A stretch of DNA of 64,000 bases from Chrysomallon squamiferum (GCA_012295275.1 CM022672.1:1178001-1242000); one strand, 5' to 3'; counted from the first letter of the stretch, positions 28,178 to 44,218 are shown. The notes: generated by a model not told the origin, from the letters alone. Translations and numbers: made by a program.

Positions 28178-28520
28178 TACTACTACTACAGCTGTTGTTG
28201 CTGCTACTACAGCTGCTACTACTGCTACTACAGCTGCTGCTACTGCTATTACTATTACTATGATTACTCACTGTTTCTGCTGTTACTACTACATTAGTCA
28301 TTACTTCCGCTATTGTTATATAACTGCTGATAGTATAATGTTAGTAATACTGCTGGTATTATCCTACTACTACTATTACTACTACTACTGCTGCTACTAC
28401 TACTACTGCTACTATTGCTACTACTACTTCTACTATTATTGCTGCCCTGCTATCATAAGAAGTGTTACTAATATCGTCACTGTTATTGCTACCGTCATTT
28501 ATACTGCTACTATTACCAAA
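28178..28520. repeat. (ACT)n/(GCT)n microsatellite
   Basis: Seen directly. Confidence 0.9.
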
Positions 28521-30241
28521 ACCAATGCGTGATTACTAGTACAACAGCCATTACTGCTATTAGTTACAGCAGCAGTCGTAACATGAGCATCATCATCAGC
28601 AGTAACTGTTTTATTGTTAAGCGCAAAATTACTTGTTATAAAAAAAATACATACATTTACGCCTATATTCTTTTTTTTTTTTTTTTTTTCACTTAGTACA
28701 TATGTACCTACTCTACAGTTGTACTTTGCATGCTGTATCGCTTGTTACATATAGTGTACAATAGCAGAAACAGATTCTTGCTGATCATATTGTTGCTAAA
28801 GACAATAACGATAAGTGGTTATGATAATAAAGCTCACGACAATGATAATACTGATTATGACCATGATGATTATCGGGATGATAATAATACTGATTATGAT
28901 AGTAATTATCGATTATGATGATGATATACAACAACAATCTCCTTAAGCACTATGTGTTTGTTCAAACCGTTCACTGTTTACAAGTTTCTTTCCCGTCATG
29001 TCTAATTGATAACAACGCTGCAGTTCTCTGACCAGTTTGACGCGGACGTTGGTAATAAATATTTCACGACTGGTCGGGCAGTGTAATCTGTCTTCAAGTA
29101 AACTTTCTTTCGTCGAGTCCGGAATTTGAAGTAATAAATTTTCTTACACGAATTTTTGGTCTTTCAGCTGTAATAAGTGTATAATTCTGAACTGTCTTGA
29201 AGTAAAGGTTTTTGTTTTTAGAAACAAAACGTCTTCGAGCTATGTTTGTTCTAAAAATATAGGATTATCTTCGTTGGGTGTCATTTTTTTTCCAGTTTTT
29301 GTTTTTTGTTTGATCTTTTTTCAGTTATAAACTTTTATTTTTTTTTGTTTTTCGAATTATAGGCCTTTCATTAATAAAACCTTCTTTTTATGTTTTAGTA
29401 ATAAATTATCTTAAGTCCATTCTGGTAACTAAAATGCCTTTTTTGAACCTTCGTTAAGTTTCTTACAGTATGGTGCATTCTTTCTCTATTTATGATGCTC
29501 CAAAACAAAACATCTCGCATTTCTGTAGTACACCATCTTGTTAGAGGTTTTTTGTACTTACAGTATAAAATGCCTCCCTCATGTTGTAATATTTCTAAGA
29601 AAACATTTCTAGGATATAAATTCTTTTCAGTAATGTTTAAATGAATCTAGCAACTTGAAATAATAGCAATTCTTGATCTTCAGCTTCAGAAAGTATCAGT
29701 AGCATACATATACTTTTTCTAGTAGTAGAATTTCAGATAGAAACAAAATACAAGTTGATCCCTTCCAGTATAACAACATGATATCGGATTCTGGACATTT
29801 CAGTAAATAGTAAAATTTTAATCCATCGTCAAGTTAGGGTTCCGTAAGGTCGTGTAATTAACTATCGTTTTCTAGTAATACATACAGATGTAGTAGCAAC
29901 AGCAGCAACAGTTGTAGTAGCAGAAGCAGCAGCAGCAGCAGTAGTGGTAGTGGGGTCTGTAATTATAAATAACAACAACAAAAACTCCCAAACATTTGGG
30001 GTAAAATGTTCAAGATCTTCTTATGATACTTTTCTCATTCTAATTATAAATCTTCTGATTCTGGTTCTGCATGATCCATTAAAATATCTTCTTAGAGATC
30101 TCGACCTTCCAATAATAACCTTCTATGGGTTCCAGTAATTTAGTAATTACATTCGTTCGAACTTCCCTCCAACAGTTCTAAGTAGGGATACACATGCAGG
30201 AGAAGACGTAGCTAACGATTATCGCTTAGTGCCAATGACCG

Positions 30242-30500
30242 CCATAAAACTCTCCCGGACCGTCAGACTCAATTAGTGAGAAAGGCTAAACTCAGTTAGC
30301 TAAAAACAATAGCTGTTGCAGAAAGATTGTACGCATTGGCTTTTGACGCTAGAGCTCGTCACAGGCAGAAATAGCTCCTATAAACTGGCTTCTGGTTATC
30401 TTCAAATTTTAGCCTTAGTACTGTAGTGCCGCGATGACTGGTTTATGGGGGTGAACAGCACCAAATTTTCGTCATGGATTCGGATTCTGTTTAGAGTCTG
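30242..30500 (+). ncRNA. Structured RNA island
   Basis: CCATAAA 30242-48/TTTATGG 30442-48 encloses AAGGCTAAA 30282-90/TTTAGCCTT 30408-16, which encloses AGCTA/TAGCT and TGACG/CGTCA hairpins; CGGATTCT-gttt-AGAGTCTG 30481-500 (2 G-U). Confidence 0.6.
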
Positions 30501-30775
30501 TTTTTGGTCGTTTATTAGGTTTCTATAATTATTCTTGAGCTGTTTTGGATCCTAGATATAACCTGAACTAGTTAACCAGTTAACTAATTGAAAACAACAT
30601 CAAAATATATACATACAAAATACGACAAAGAAATCTTTGCAGTAATTTTATTATCTTGACACTTACAATTAATTTGGCTTTGGTACAGATACGTAAAACC
30701 TAATATATTAATAGTGTATATCAACTACTACCATTATTACAGCAATAAAAACAGCAACTCCAACAACTCCTGCTG

Positions 30776-30812
<37 letters not shown>

Positions 30813-30996
30813 ATTTGCTGCTGCTGCTGCTGCTATTACGCTTACTTGTCATAAATGTCTGATAATGTTACAACATTTATGTCTTAACAGGTTCATGACA
30901 ATATTTTTATTTATAGGTTAATTGGAATGGATCAGTGCATGTCAGATTTAGAAATAAATCGTGTTTGGACGAAAATAACAATCAACATATTTTAGG

Positions 30997-31104
<108 letters not shown>

Positions 31105-31743
31105 TCGAGAAGAACACTTTAAAAGAGATATATGGAGTAAAAGAGAATGATGAAAGACTTTTAATAAGAGAAAAATGGAAAGAAACAAAAATTGAAAAAA
31201 GTCAAATAATTTCTACTGAATTCATGCACAATCAACTCGTCGTATTACTGTCACATGTCACGAATCAAAAACCTTTCTATACACGGCGTCTTTCATACAG
31301 CATTCTACTTCCTAAAGAATCAATCATTTTATGGTAACCCACGGTAATATTCTTTTGCTATCTTTCCACATGACTAACTTGAATCCAAGCAAATTTGCAG
31401 CCTGAATACGAAATTGCTCTGTCCCAATTTCAAGCGGTCTATAAATTAGAAACCCAATAACTAGAATCTGATGGCGGGCTTACCTTTAGTAATAAACCCG
31501 CGGAAAGTCGTTTGCAAAGGCCAATGGGCTTGTCAGTCATTGCAAAAATTGATGGCGGAATCGTATAGATTGTGCACGTTCAAAGGAACTTGTTATTGTC
31601 GAAATTAGGTCTAGATCGAAAACATAAATAACGGACGTACATAACCTAAATTGGTAGATGATCGTGTAACCGCGATTTTTCGCATAAAATTTAAGATGAT
31701 CTGGCGTGTCCGATGTATGAGCAGTGTCAAAACATGTTTGCCA

Positions 31744-31892
31744 TAATAATAATAATAACAACAACAACAACAACAACAATAATAATAATAATAATAACAA
31801 TAATAATAATAATAATAATAATAAAAATAATAGCAACAACAACAATAATAATAATAATAACAAGAATAATAATAACAACAACAACAACAACA

Positions 31893-31935
<43 letters not shown>

Positions 31936-31950
31936 TGATAATAATAGATA
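31744..31950. repeat. (AAT)n/(AAC)n microsatellite
   Basis: Seen directly. Confidence 0.95.
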
Positions 31951-32294
31951 ACGATTACAGAATTAATAATAAATAAAACAACGTAAATATGTCAACAAAA
32001 CAGTCAAAGGGCCGACATCATCACCACGACAGTGCAACTATCATTACTGACTCTGATATAACAACAACAGCAACAACGATAACTATTATTACTATTAACT
32101 ACAACCATTATTAACACCATCGCATCCACCACCACACCACCACCTACCCCATTACTTCTACTATCACCACTACAACAACCACAGTTGTTTTGTAATATTA
32201 TCTCAAGTAATATTGGTATTATACAGGTCAGTGCTGCTGCTGTCACTGTAATTAGCATAACCAGTACCACCTCCATTAATTCTTTTGCCTTTCA

Positions 32295-32521
32295 TTACTA
32301 GTGTTATTATTACAACAATCGCTACTACTACTGCTGCTACAACAGCTACTATTATTGCTGCTAGTATTACAATAACCTCTACTACTACTGCTACTACTAG
32401 TATTACTACTACTACTAGTATTACTACTATTACCAGTATTACTGCTACTACTACTGCTGCTACTGCTTAAACCACTATTACTACAACCACTCCTACTAGA
32501 CTACTACTGTTACTACTACTG

Positions 32522-32575
<54 letters not shown>

Positions 32576-32603
32576 TTACTACTACTACTACTCTTGCTAC
32601 TGC
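32295..32603. repeat. (ACT)n microsatellite
   Basis: Seen directly. Confidence 0.9.
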
Positions 32604-33995
32604 TAATTCAGTTGGTGATGATGATACTATATCCACCATTACTAGTAAATCAAAATAATAAAATCTGTATAATTCCGATCAACAGGTTGAATTTATTTAT
32701 TTTTTTTTTTTTTTTTTTTATTTTTTTTTCCAAAATTTTCACAGATTCTCAACTTGTTTTTACTTAAAATGTCATTTCCAATTTTCCATGAATATAAATC
32801 ACCAATAGCTAAATCGAATTTAACGTTCCAAAGCAGTCCTTTGACTTCGTAAATCTCATAAAACCACCACCATCCATCAATCATGACCGCTGCCATTTTT
32901 GTGCGGTTTTTATTGTGGGTCTTCTCCCAGCAGCATTCGACGTCTAGAACTGTTCAGCCAGGATGCAGCCGTTTACCAAGATAAACTTAATAGAACTGGC
33001 AAATAAATAAATAAATATATAAATAAATAAATAAATAAATAAATAAGTTAACTTAAAGCTGGGGCATTTATTATCGTTTTGAAAAATAGATTATTTTTAA
33101 TTTTCCAAGAATAAAATAAATTTTTCAAAACAGTAATAAGTTTTAAATAGTATATTTAAGTACTATAAATACTACATTTATAAATTACAAATAATAAACT
33201 TTAAAAAAAAAAAAATGCACACATTTAATTTGCAGTTTAAATTTAATACTAATTTTTAATAATGTTTTTAAAACTTTTGCCTTCATTAGATACCTAGCTG
33301 CTGTTCTTATTTTTGCTGTAGTGTTGTTAGCCATTCGTTCATTCATTCATACGTTCATTCATTCATTTATTTATTCGTTCATTCGTTTATTCGTTCATTC
33401 ATTCGTTCGTTCATTCATTCATTTGGTCAGACAATGAGATAATCTACCAGTTTGTATTTAATTAAATTATGATTCTGTTTCTAATAACAAATCTCTGTCT
33501 GTCTGTCTGTCTGTCTGTTTGTTTCTGGCGTTTCATTTCACCAGTTTCAGTTTTATTGAAGTTATTTAAAGATAGAATTCATATCAAAAGCAATATAGGG
33601 GCAAGGATGATGATAATTCATAACAGTATTCAACTGAACGATTGACAAGTAATAAAGTAAACGCTTTAAAAAAGTGAAATCCATTAAATGAGAGAATTAT
33701 GAGTCAGCTTTCAATATTTACTGTCAACAGGAGAAAGCAAATCAATAAATATTCCCCAATAAGCTTTATATTCTGCGATAATTAACTAATAAAATAACCC
33801 GCCTGACTTAGCTAAGGATAAAAAACATTAAAAGGTACTACCAGCTTATTAAATTATTATCGTATAGCATGACACCGATTTGATGAGCTCCGTAACCACT
33901 GAGTTCTGTGTTTGTTTGTTATTTTCTATCCAACAAATCACTGCTCGGTTGATGTAACGTGAAACAGCAAATTCAAAAGACGACTATTAATGCAG

Positions 33996-34381
<386 letters not shown>

Positions 34382-34446
34382 ATACGCGAACACGTAAGAT
34401 TATTGAATTTCCTGTTTTACAAACAACAATCGGAATCCTTCATGAT

Positions 34447-34679
34447 TTAATCGGTACAATTCCCCACATGCTTGTTATTTTGCAGTGCAGGATTTCATTC
34501 TCGACCCTGAAGAGCAAAGTTAGCAACGTTTCTGAATATCATACATCATATGTAAACGTTGATTGCCTGTCACACTCATCTTGTTCACCCATGCATTCAG
34601 TGTTCAGGGACCTCGCATTCTGCTCAGCCAAGCACACTGGAACCAATTAATTAATGCGACAGACACAAGAACCGATTAA
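34447..34679 (+). ncRNA. Structured RNA island (nested stems) between (CA)n and (TG)n arms
   Basis: TTAATCGGT 34447-55/ACCGATTAA 34671-79 > TGCTTG 34469-74/CAAGCA 34629-34 > CCCTGAA 34505-11/TTCAGGG 34603-09 > CAACGTTT 34524-31/AAACGTTG 34554-61. Confidence 0.65.
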
Positions 34680-34741
34680 GAAACTTGTTCAATTTGTACG
34701 CGCAGAGTTCGACAGCGGGACCGGGATTCTATGTCATGATA

Positions 34742-34745
<4 letters not shown>

Positions 34746-34781
<36 letters not shown>

Positions 34782-34960
34782 GTGTATGTATGTGTTTATG
34801 AGCGTGCACGCATATGTTTAAGTGTTATATTATATATGTGTGCGTGTGTATTTATGAGCTTGCGCGCGCGTGTTTATATATATGTGTGTATATGTGTGTG
34901 TATATTTCTGTGTGTGTATTTGTGTGTGTATGTTTCTGTGAGTGTATTTGTGTGTGTATG
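34746..34960. repeat. Degenerate (TG)n microsatellite
   Basis: Seen directly. Confidence 0.9.
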
Positions 34961-36971
34961 CAAGTGCTTGCAAGAAAATATTTCTTGATTTATTTTTCTC
35001 TGTTCAGGCAAGCGAGGTACTGGCTGTCAACAGAGTGTTATGACCTGTATGAATTACGAGAATGTTGTCAAGGTCGCTGAGGTTGATTCTTGATTGGGGT
35101 TCTGAGGTTGATCATTGAGTAATGCAGTCCACGTATTCCTCTGTTTAGGTTAACCAAATGCATCTCTTCCATGCATCCATCTATCTATAAGTATGTCCAT
35201 ATGTCTGTCTATCTATCTATTCTATTATGTTGATATATTTATTCTTTTCGACTGATGAATCTATTCTACACTACATCTCTTTCTCTCTATCTTTGTCTAT
35301 TTGACAAGTTGTAATGGCTTATAAAAACCATTTAAGAACCACAGATCTAGACATACACAAAGACATATATTCACACCCACGTGCAAAGTTATAAAAAATC
35401 CTGTTCTTCAAAGGTGTTCATATACAAACAGCGCAACAGCAGTTTAAAAATCAATGATAATAAGAATATTATGTCACTCACAAAAACAAATGAAACATAA
35501 CAACCACATACAACATAAAATCTTTTTATTTTTATTATTATTTTTTTTTTATTCAAATACAAAACAGCACAGATTACATTATTTTTGTTTTGTTTCCTCG
35601 CGTTTGTTTCGCAGTGGATGTCGCAATAAACGCACTTGAATCCTGGATTAGCCATTGCTCTAAGCATGTCTGCTTGTACAACGTGAACCTAAATGAAATT
35701 GCGTTATTAACGAGCGCACGTGGCTCTCAGTATCACATCACATGCTTGAAACATTGAGGAATTTCTTCTTCTTTTTTTCTTCTGTTTGCAATCTTAGGGG
35801 GGAAAAATGCTCAAAGTAAGGGTGTAATAAATCCAATTAATAATTTGATTTATTCGAGTGAATAAACAGAGCAGATCGATACATTTGAATTAGATTTAAC
35901 CACGGAACAATAAACACGCGATGAATGGTAATATTGATCGTCTTTCGTTCTAAAACAGAAACAGTGCAGTTTCTTTTACGATGATTTACTTGCATGTGTA
36001 TTTCAGTAACTATGTTTTATACCATCTATTTTATACCTAGCTGTTATCTTCCACCATTCTAACCCGGCTAAGACAACAAAAGCATTATCAACAACAAAAA
36101 ATACTATACCTAAGTTTTATACTAAAACATACAAACAAAAACAAAAAGAACCAAACAAATCTACGTCTTTACGTCACAATACCCCGGCTAAACTAAGACC
36201 TTAACGATCAACGATATTTTCTAATTTACCTCTCTAATCTACCTGCTATTTCATGTGACATATAGAACAATTATTTTTATTTTTTACAATACTTGAACAA
36301 CAGTAACCATTGACATTTCTGATTTAACTTCCCAGTCCACCTACTGCACCAACGACATCTATTTCTTTTTATTAGCAAAGAAATCAGCAGCGTATTATAC
36401 TTTCTGATTTATGCGGCAGTTCAGCAGTATTCAGCCAGTGACATAATCAATCACAGCTAAAACAACAGCGATCGACATACATTTACTCCTTCACAATCCC
36501 AACCCGACCTTGTATAATCTGACCTAAATTTATCGAACAAAATCAAACGTTTTTACATAGTGTGTATCACGGTTAATTTATTTTACAAACCATTATACAC
36601 ATGCGGCTTAAACATCATTCATTAGCGCATCAAAAGTGCATCAATAACTTTATTACCATCTGTTACATTGGCTGAAATAAAATAGCTTGATATCAGGTCA
36701 ATTTGAAATTCAAACTTGTGATTCTGTCATCAGTGGTATCTCTATGTTAAAAAGTGTTTTGATTTTTCACAAATCCTCTGGCTCTCTGCCTGCTAGGCTG
36801 CCGTTCTGTTGCTGCTGCATTTTTCGCTTCAGCGCTCTACAAGGACTTCAATTAGTTGTTATTCCCCACAAGAACCCCAATCCCAGTCATGTCAAGTCAT
36901 AGTAAATTAGGTCTGACTTCTATGGACAGAATAAGAGATGATTAAAGGAAGCTCATCTCTCCTGTCTCTTC

Positions 36972-37050
<79 letters not shown>
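36972..37050. repeat. (TCTA)n microsatellite
   Basis: Seen directly. Confidence 0.95.
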
Positions 37051-37051
<1 letters not shown>

Positions 37052-38381
37052 ATATATATTATTTTTTTCATGTTTCCACATGTGGACGACGAATAATACA
37101 CTGTAATTATGACAGAGCCAAAGCGTGCCAGCTTTCTGCTCGCACACCACTGCCTTTGTGTCAGTGGATTATTATCTCACTTTCTGTCGTCAGAGCGGTC
37201 GCGAAGCAGACGGTTAAACGGCACGAGCTGGAAGCAGACGAACTTAATTCATGGAATTGTGTGTTGTAATTTTCTTGTTTTTACATTACGTCGTCAGGAA
37301 TAATCTTTTTCCTTCCTTGTTTTTTCTTTTCTTTTCTTTTTTGCTATACTGTTACTTAACATTGTCGATAAACAATGTCTGCCAGTGTATCTGTCATCCG
37401 TCTATTCTTCCCTTCATCTGTTCGTCCGTCTAAATATTCTTTCATCATATCATATGGACACACAGAAAAGAAAAAAATATAAATACTGAAAATATAACGT
37501 AGACAAGCAGAAAGATAATAATGAAAAAGATATATATATATATGTGTATACATACAGAGTAAAAGTAAGAGAACCAGGGAAACAGAAGAGAAAGCAAATA
37601 TACCAGAAATAAATAGATTAAAATAATAATAATAATTAAAAAAAAGACGAGAAAATACAGATAAAATAAAAATAAAATTATCTATTTACTTTTTACATTT
37701 GTGAATAACTGTTCTGAACGAGAGTCTAAAATCTCTATTTTTCCTTTCCGTCCGGTTACTGATTGATTCGATTTGTTAACATTTTTTATCATTAAATTCC
37801 AAATGTCATCCTCGTCGAAATATTCAGGTCTAAGACCTCGCCACGTTGCCTCTTGAGACTTGAGCACGGAGTTCAGTACATTGAATTGATGATCGCTTCG
37901 TATCGATCTTCAGATTCTTCAATAGTTGCTTCATCGTAGACTGGTACAAGCACTCGACCGTAAGTGACAGCAAGAGCGTAGCTACTTCCGGTTTATACGT
38001 GTTGTGATCGGTCCTATTTATCTAATACAATGGCGAGAACGAATTGGAGGCAAGTTCTAATCGTTTCGATAAAAACGAAATCAATAATAACAATAATAAT
38101 AGTAATAATAATAATAATAAGAATAATGTGAGATGATGATAAAGATTAATACTGAATTGATGTATTTGATTAAAATGTTTCGGTGGATGGATATTTCACT
38201 TGTGATGTTGTATTATGCTTTGATTCTGTGCTATTGTAGTAAGTACATTAAATATATATATATATATATGCACATATACATACTGTAAATACAAACATAC
38301 ATTTATATGCTTCATTACTCGCTTTCTCACATACTTAATGTACTTATTAGCACAGAACAGCATCACAGAAAAAAAAAAAAA

Positions 38382-38413
<32 letters not shown>

Positions 38414-38667
38414 CGTATCTACGTATCTACGTATGCGTGTATGTGTGTATGTATATGTATGTACATATGTATATTTGTACGCACATACACAAACACACAC
38501 ACACACACATATATATACATCATACATACATACATATATATATCTGAATAGCATTAAGTTGCCTTTATGCATAAGAAAGCAGTCTACAGGTTATTATTAC
38601 AGAAATCATTTAGTCATACTGTCTAAACTAAGACGATGAGGGGAATTTCCAATTACTACAGTCAACC

Positions 38668-38935
38668 TCCTGCCCAAGCATGTGCTTCTTTTCATTCTGT
38701 TTTTGGTGTTTTGGACAGGAGTAATCTTTAGCTTGATTGAAACATTGAGCCAGCGCCATCATTACCATTAACAAGCTCTGGAAACGAGTCCCACGCCACC
38801 ACAGCGGCCTTGTTAAGACGTCAACGAACAAACGCTGGCATGTCGCTCGATATTCCAAGCGTTTCGAGTGACGTTTCCAACATGGGGAATTTTCTCAATT
38901 GACACCGCTCGGAAAGCGGGCGCCACACGATTGAC
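38668..38935 (+). ncRNA. Structured RNA island
   Basis: TCCTGCCCAA/TTGGACAGGA; TGGAAACG 38779-86/CGTTTCCA 38872-79; TGTCGCTCGA 38841-50/TCGAGTGACG 38864-73 (2 G-U); CCGCT-cggaa-AGCGG. Confidence 0.6.
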
Positions 38936-39446
38936 AAAACTGACAGCTTGATACTAGAAGATGATCGTTGCACAAGTTATTCCGATACACATTTAACTCT
39001 TTTTTTTTCTTTTCTTCTTTTATTTTCTTTCTTTCCTTTTTTTTTTTTTTTTAAATCTTTTTTTTAAACGCATTGTTTTCTTTGTTTGTTTGTTTTTAAA
39101 TAAGAAAAGAAAAGAAAATCCCCCAAAACAGAACCAACAAGATTTCTTGTATTGGAAATAAGTCTAACTGATTTCACAGATGGAATTTTGAAAGTAGGTT
39201 GTTATGGAACGTTTTGAGATTTCGTGGATAAACACTGCAAATGTGAAGAGCTGATACCCGTCACGTTTTCACTCTTTGCTTTGACCGAAGTATAGCCAGC
39301 AACCATTCATTTTGTAATGAACTTTTAGTTTGTATAATGACGCTGATGTGGAGGGTAATGTTTAGTAGTCTCGAGAAAACCACAAGAGCACTGTTATATC
39401 TGGAACAATAACTGAAGTGAACAGAAAAGTAATAGAGGACATATTT

Positions 39447-39961
<515 letters not shown>

Positions 39962-42039
39962 TCGTGTTCATATATCAGTCTATTTGTGTATATACGTATA
40001 TATGGACAGAGAGAGAAATATAGAAAGTAAATATTCCCTTTATATACATACATGCATTCAATACAATACAATGTAATGTAATAATACGATGCGATACGAT
40101 ACGATATCGATACAATACGATTTGATACATGATATGTTGTGATATAATATAATATGAGTATTTATATTAATAGAAATAACTATATTCACTGGTGGAGTAA
40201 TAATAATAATAAAAAAACATTCCTATCACGACAGCTTTGTGAAAGATTTGCTATGTTTTTGTGTGTGTGGTGTGTGTGTGTGTGTGTGTGTCTGTACGAC
40301 TTATCTAATTTAATGCTAAACTAATAGATTCTAAATCTAGGAAAAATAATATGTGATTTCCTATTTACTGTGATTTAATTAAGAAACACTCCCACACACA
40401 CAATGACTAATCGATACATCAGCATATTTTGGGAAATCAACCATATAATTTTTACTCTAAGTAGATATTAACGTAGGTAAAAATACACGGTGTATGTTTA
40501 AATAGTATCGCAGATAACCTGTTTACGCGGTATTTAAATTAATGTAAGCATAGTTATTTATAAATTTAAACTTAATGTTTTTGTTTACAGTTTTGATCCA
40601 CATTAATAGCATATACTAAAGACAGAATAAATAGCAGTGTTTAGATAATTATAATAATGCATATAAGTAAATAAAAACAATCAAACAAATAAATGAATGA
40701 ATAATTAAATAAACGAATAAATAAATCCATAACGGTGTTTATACACGTGTGTGTATGTGTGTGTATGTTTGTATATAATAACTCTATTGTTTTGTATGTG
40801 TACGATGTGGGATGCTGTTCCCATCATAAATTATGACCACAAAAAGTAATTTTATCTTAGAGTGATCATTAAGTTAGGAAATACGCAATATCTAAGCACA
40901 ATTAATTTAAATAAAGTTAAATGTCCTTCATTAAGGGGAGTTAATCAGAAAAGAATTGTTTTTATTTCATTTTTTTTTTAAAGTTAAGCGGTAAATAAAA
41001 GGTTTGACAAATCAGTTTAAATCAAAACTAATTCTAAGCTATAGATTTGCCTTGAGTATAAGTCGGAGCACGCTATGAATCTGTTTTTTTAAAGCCCACG
41101 AGAATTACACTAGTACACAGACAGTCGAGTCATATGTTTTCAAATGAGTTAGTTAAAAAAAAAAAAAAAAAAAAAAAAATGTAATAAAAGAAACGAAATG
41201 ATAAGAAGACGAAGAAAAAAGAATGAACGAAAAAAAAAAAAAAAAAAAATTTAATAAAATAAATCGAATTTGTTTTCACCATTACCAGCAAACTATTGAT
41301 CTGTATTAAAATTCAATTACCCCAGAAGTTTAAGTCAACACACCCACACATGTATTAGTAATAATAAAATAGGAAATACGTAATATGCATGAAGCAGTAA
41401 TTATGTTAAGATTATCATTATTATTATTATTTATTCCATATATTAATCTTAGCGAGTAGCAGCAAATACTCTTTAATATTACCTTCCCATAAACAGAGAA
41501 GAACATACAACAGCCTTTGACGAACTAATCTTAGAGCATAGGTTGTAATTGGAAACAATCAAATAGGAGATCTGGAAAGGATAGATTCTGCTCTTTTACT
41601 TAGATTTAATTCGGGAGATCTTTACCCATCAAACCGTCTTGTATTTATGAATATCAAATTCCGGGTTTTTAACGTTATCACAGTATTATACAGATCAGAA
41701 TTTTCTAAATTCTGTGCCCAGGAGACGAGCTTCAGAACGGTTTCTGTTGAACAACACACTGAATCTTTCCCATTTCAGTCTCCCAAGACGTCTGACCAAG
41801 ATAGCGAAACCAGCACACAGTCAGAAACAAAGATATTTATTTATTAGAACGGAATAACAATTACAGTTTAAAGTATTTCTGAAACGATTTATGCAGTAAA
41901 TGTCTTTGAGAGATCAGGTATAATGTTAAATAAAACTAAATCATTTAAAATTACTCTGTTACTTTAATGTCGTATTGAATATCTCGAACCCTTCTATGGG
42001 TAGTGATTAAATGGTTTTAAAATAGTTCCACGTAGTCAG

Positions 42040-42215
42040 TCTGCCTGACGACCGAAAGATCATAGGATCAACTCTTCTTAGTGGACCCATTGAGCTATAA
42101 GCCTGCATTACACCAGACCTACATCAAAGACCATGAAATGTGCTTCCTGCAAAGAGTATAAAAAGACAATTCGTTGGTAATTGGTAATGGCAGCCTATGT
42201 TGTAGCCAAAAATAG
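42040..42215 (+). mobile_element. Second degraded copy of the SINE at 5220
   Basis: aggatcaactcttcttagtggacccattgagctat aligns with aggatcaatccttcttgggcgcctgttgaattat (~5247-80); the downstream tataaaaagac..ttggtaatt.. aligns with tataaacgac..ttgctaatc.. Confidence 0.55.
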
Positions 42216-44106
42216 ATCCTTCTTTCATTGTGTCATAAAAAAAAAGTTTCATTCATTTTCTGAATCAATTCTTCATTAGCTAATTACAAAATGTTCAAAG
42301 CACACTGAACCCAGAAATTCTTCGATCATAATCAGTTCAGTTTTCAATAAATATTATATGTGCAATGTTACTATTTTCGAAAGACAACACTCTTCAATTA
42401 ACTTAAAAAACTCCAGCTAAATTCAGCTGACGAGCCAGATGTAATTGCATAACGTAAGAATGGTGTATTTTTGGATCAAAAGCTTTGGCGTTATTTAATT
42501 TTTCCCAGACAGCGACCTTTTAATTTGATAAATCTCTTCTTTTTTTTCCCATATTTTTTGGTGTATGTTTTGGGACGACACTTCTGTGGGAGAGAGAAAA
42601 AACGAAACAGACACTGTAAAAGCTTTTGATCACCAATTATAACACAAGTGAAGAAGAAAGATTCTCACATAACTTTTTAAATAAATAATAACGTCTGAAT
42701 ATCTAGTTATGATTTTGCGCCATCAGAAAATACAGTGAATGAAATTACTGCTTTTGTTTTTGGATAGATTTCTCCTTAGTTTCTTCTTTTTTAATTTTTC
42801 TGAGTTAATACAGTTAACAGAATACTGCCTCCCAGTCGAATAGTAATGGAAACAAAAATGTAATAAATGATATCATTATTTTTCTTCAAAGAATCAAAGA
42901 ACTATACTTATTATGGGGAAAATTAAAATAATTAAAAAAAAAATATATATATTCACCAGTTATTTTTCTACAGTCAGTGCAAATAACCTTTTCAAACTGA
43001 GTAATCAAGCTAAAGAATTTGATTCTTTTTTACTTTTTCCCCCACTCACCTGTTTTAGCACAATCCAAATGAAAAAAGGTTTACAGAGGAATACCTGCAC
43101 ACACACACACATATATATATACTAGTTATTCTCTCTCTCTCTGTCCTTTCTTTTTTTGTACTCATATCCACAAAACGAGAACTTGCAATAAAACAAAATT
43201 TAAATGTTGGAAATAACTGCAGCTAAATGCAGCCTTTCGACATAACATCAAACAAATGTTTCTGTAAAAGTATCAAACAGACGCACACGCACATACTCAC
43301 GCACATAGACATACAAACACGCTACCATACACCCACATATATACGTTACATATAAAGACTACTACAGAATTAAAATTAATGCGTTTTGAAACAGAATGAC
43401 ATTTTAGCCAGGTGTTTAGTTTTAATGGAAACTTGACCTACAATCATTAATACAAGGAATTTTTGTGATCTTTTTATTTCCATTGCTTTGACATTTCTCG
43501 TGTTTACGTGTCTGATACTCTATTAACACACAAGATAAACAGATCAAAATAGATTACATATAAATGGAATAAAATAAAGAGATTGTGCGACATAGGAAAA
43601 AAAAATCAAAAACAAACCAAAAAAACCCCAATTAGTTTAGAAGAAAAAAGACTAACGAACCGATAGACACTCAACAAAAAAAGTTAGGGAACGCGAAATA
43701 TTTTCTTGTGCGAAATGACAGTAATAATGTAATTTAGAAAAAAAGTAAGAAGAAGGAAAAAGAAGGAATCGTTCATGGTTTTTGTTTTGAATATATTTAT
43801 GAGTGATTAATCAGTTCTAAAACCAGTGAACTTTCAGATAATACGGTTAGATCTAATAATTGCTTTTTATTATTAATGACAAGCAACAGCACCAGCCTTT
43901 ATCTTATTATCCTACAAATGACGTCGTCAGAAACATAATTACACGAGAAATTATGCTGGTAAACATTTCTAAATCGAGTGAATTAAAGTAAAAATATTAA
44001 CTTTGGCAAGAAAAATAAATCTTTGGAGCTGACCATGCTGGTCTTATTACTGTCACAACATGATAATTTAATAACACACACAGATTCGCTTTTATATTCT
44101 TTGTTT

Positions 44107-44132
44107 AACAACAACAACAACAACAACAACAA

Positions 44133-44185
<53 letters not shown>

Positions 44186-44186
44186 C

Positions 44187-44218
<32 letters not shown>

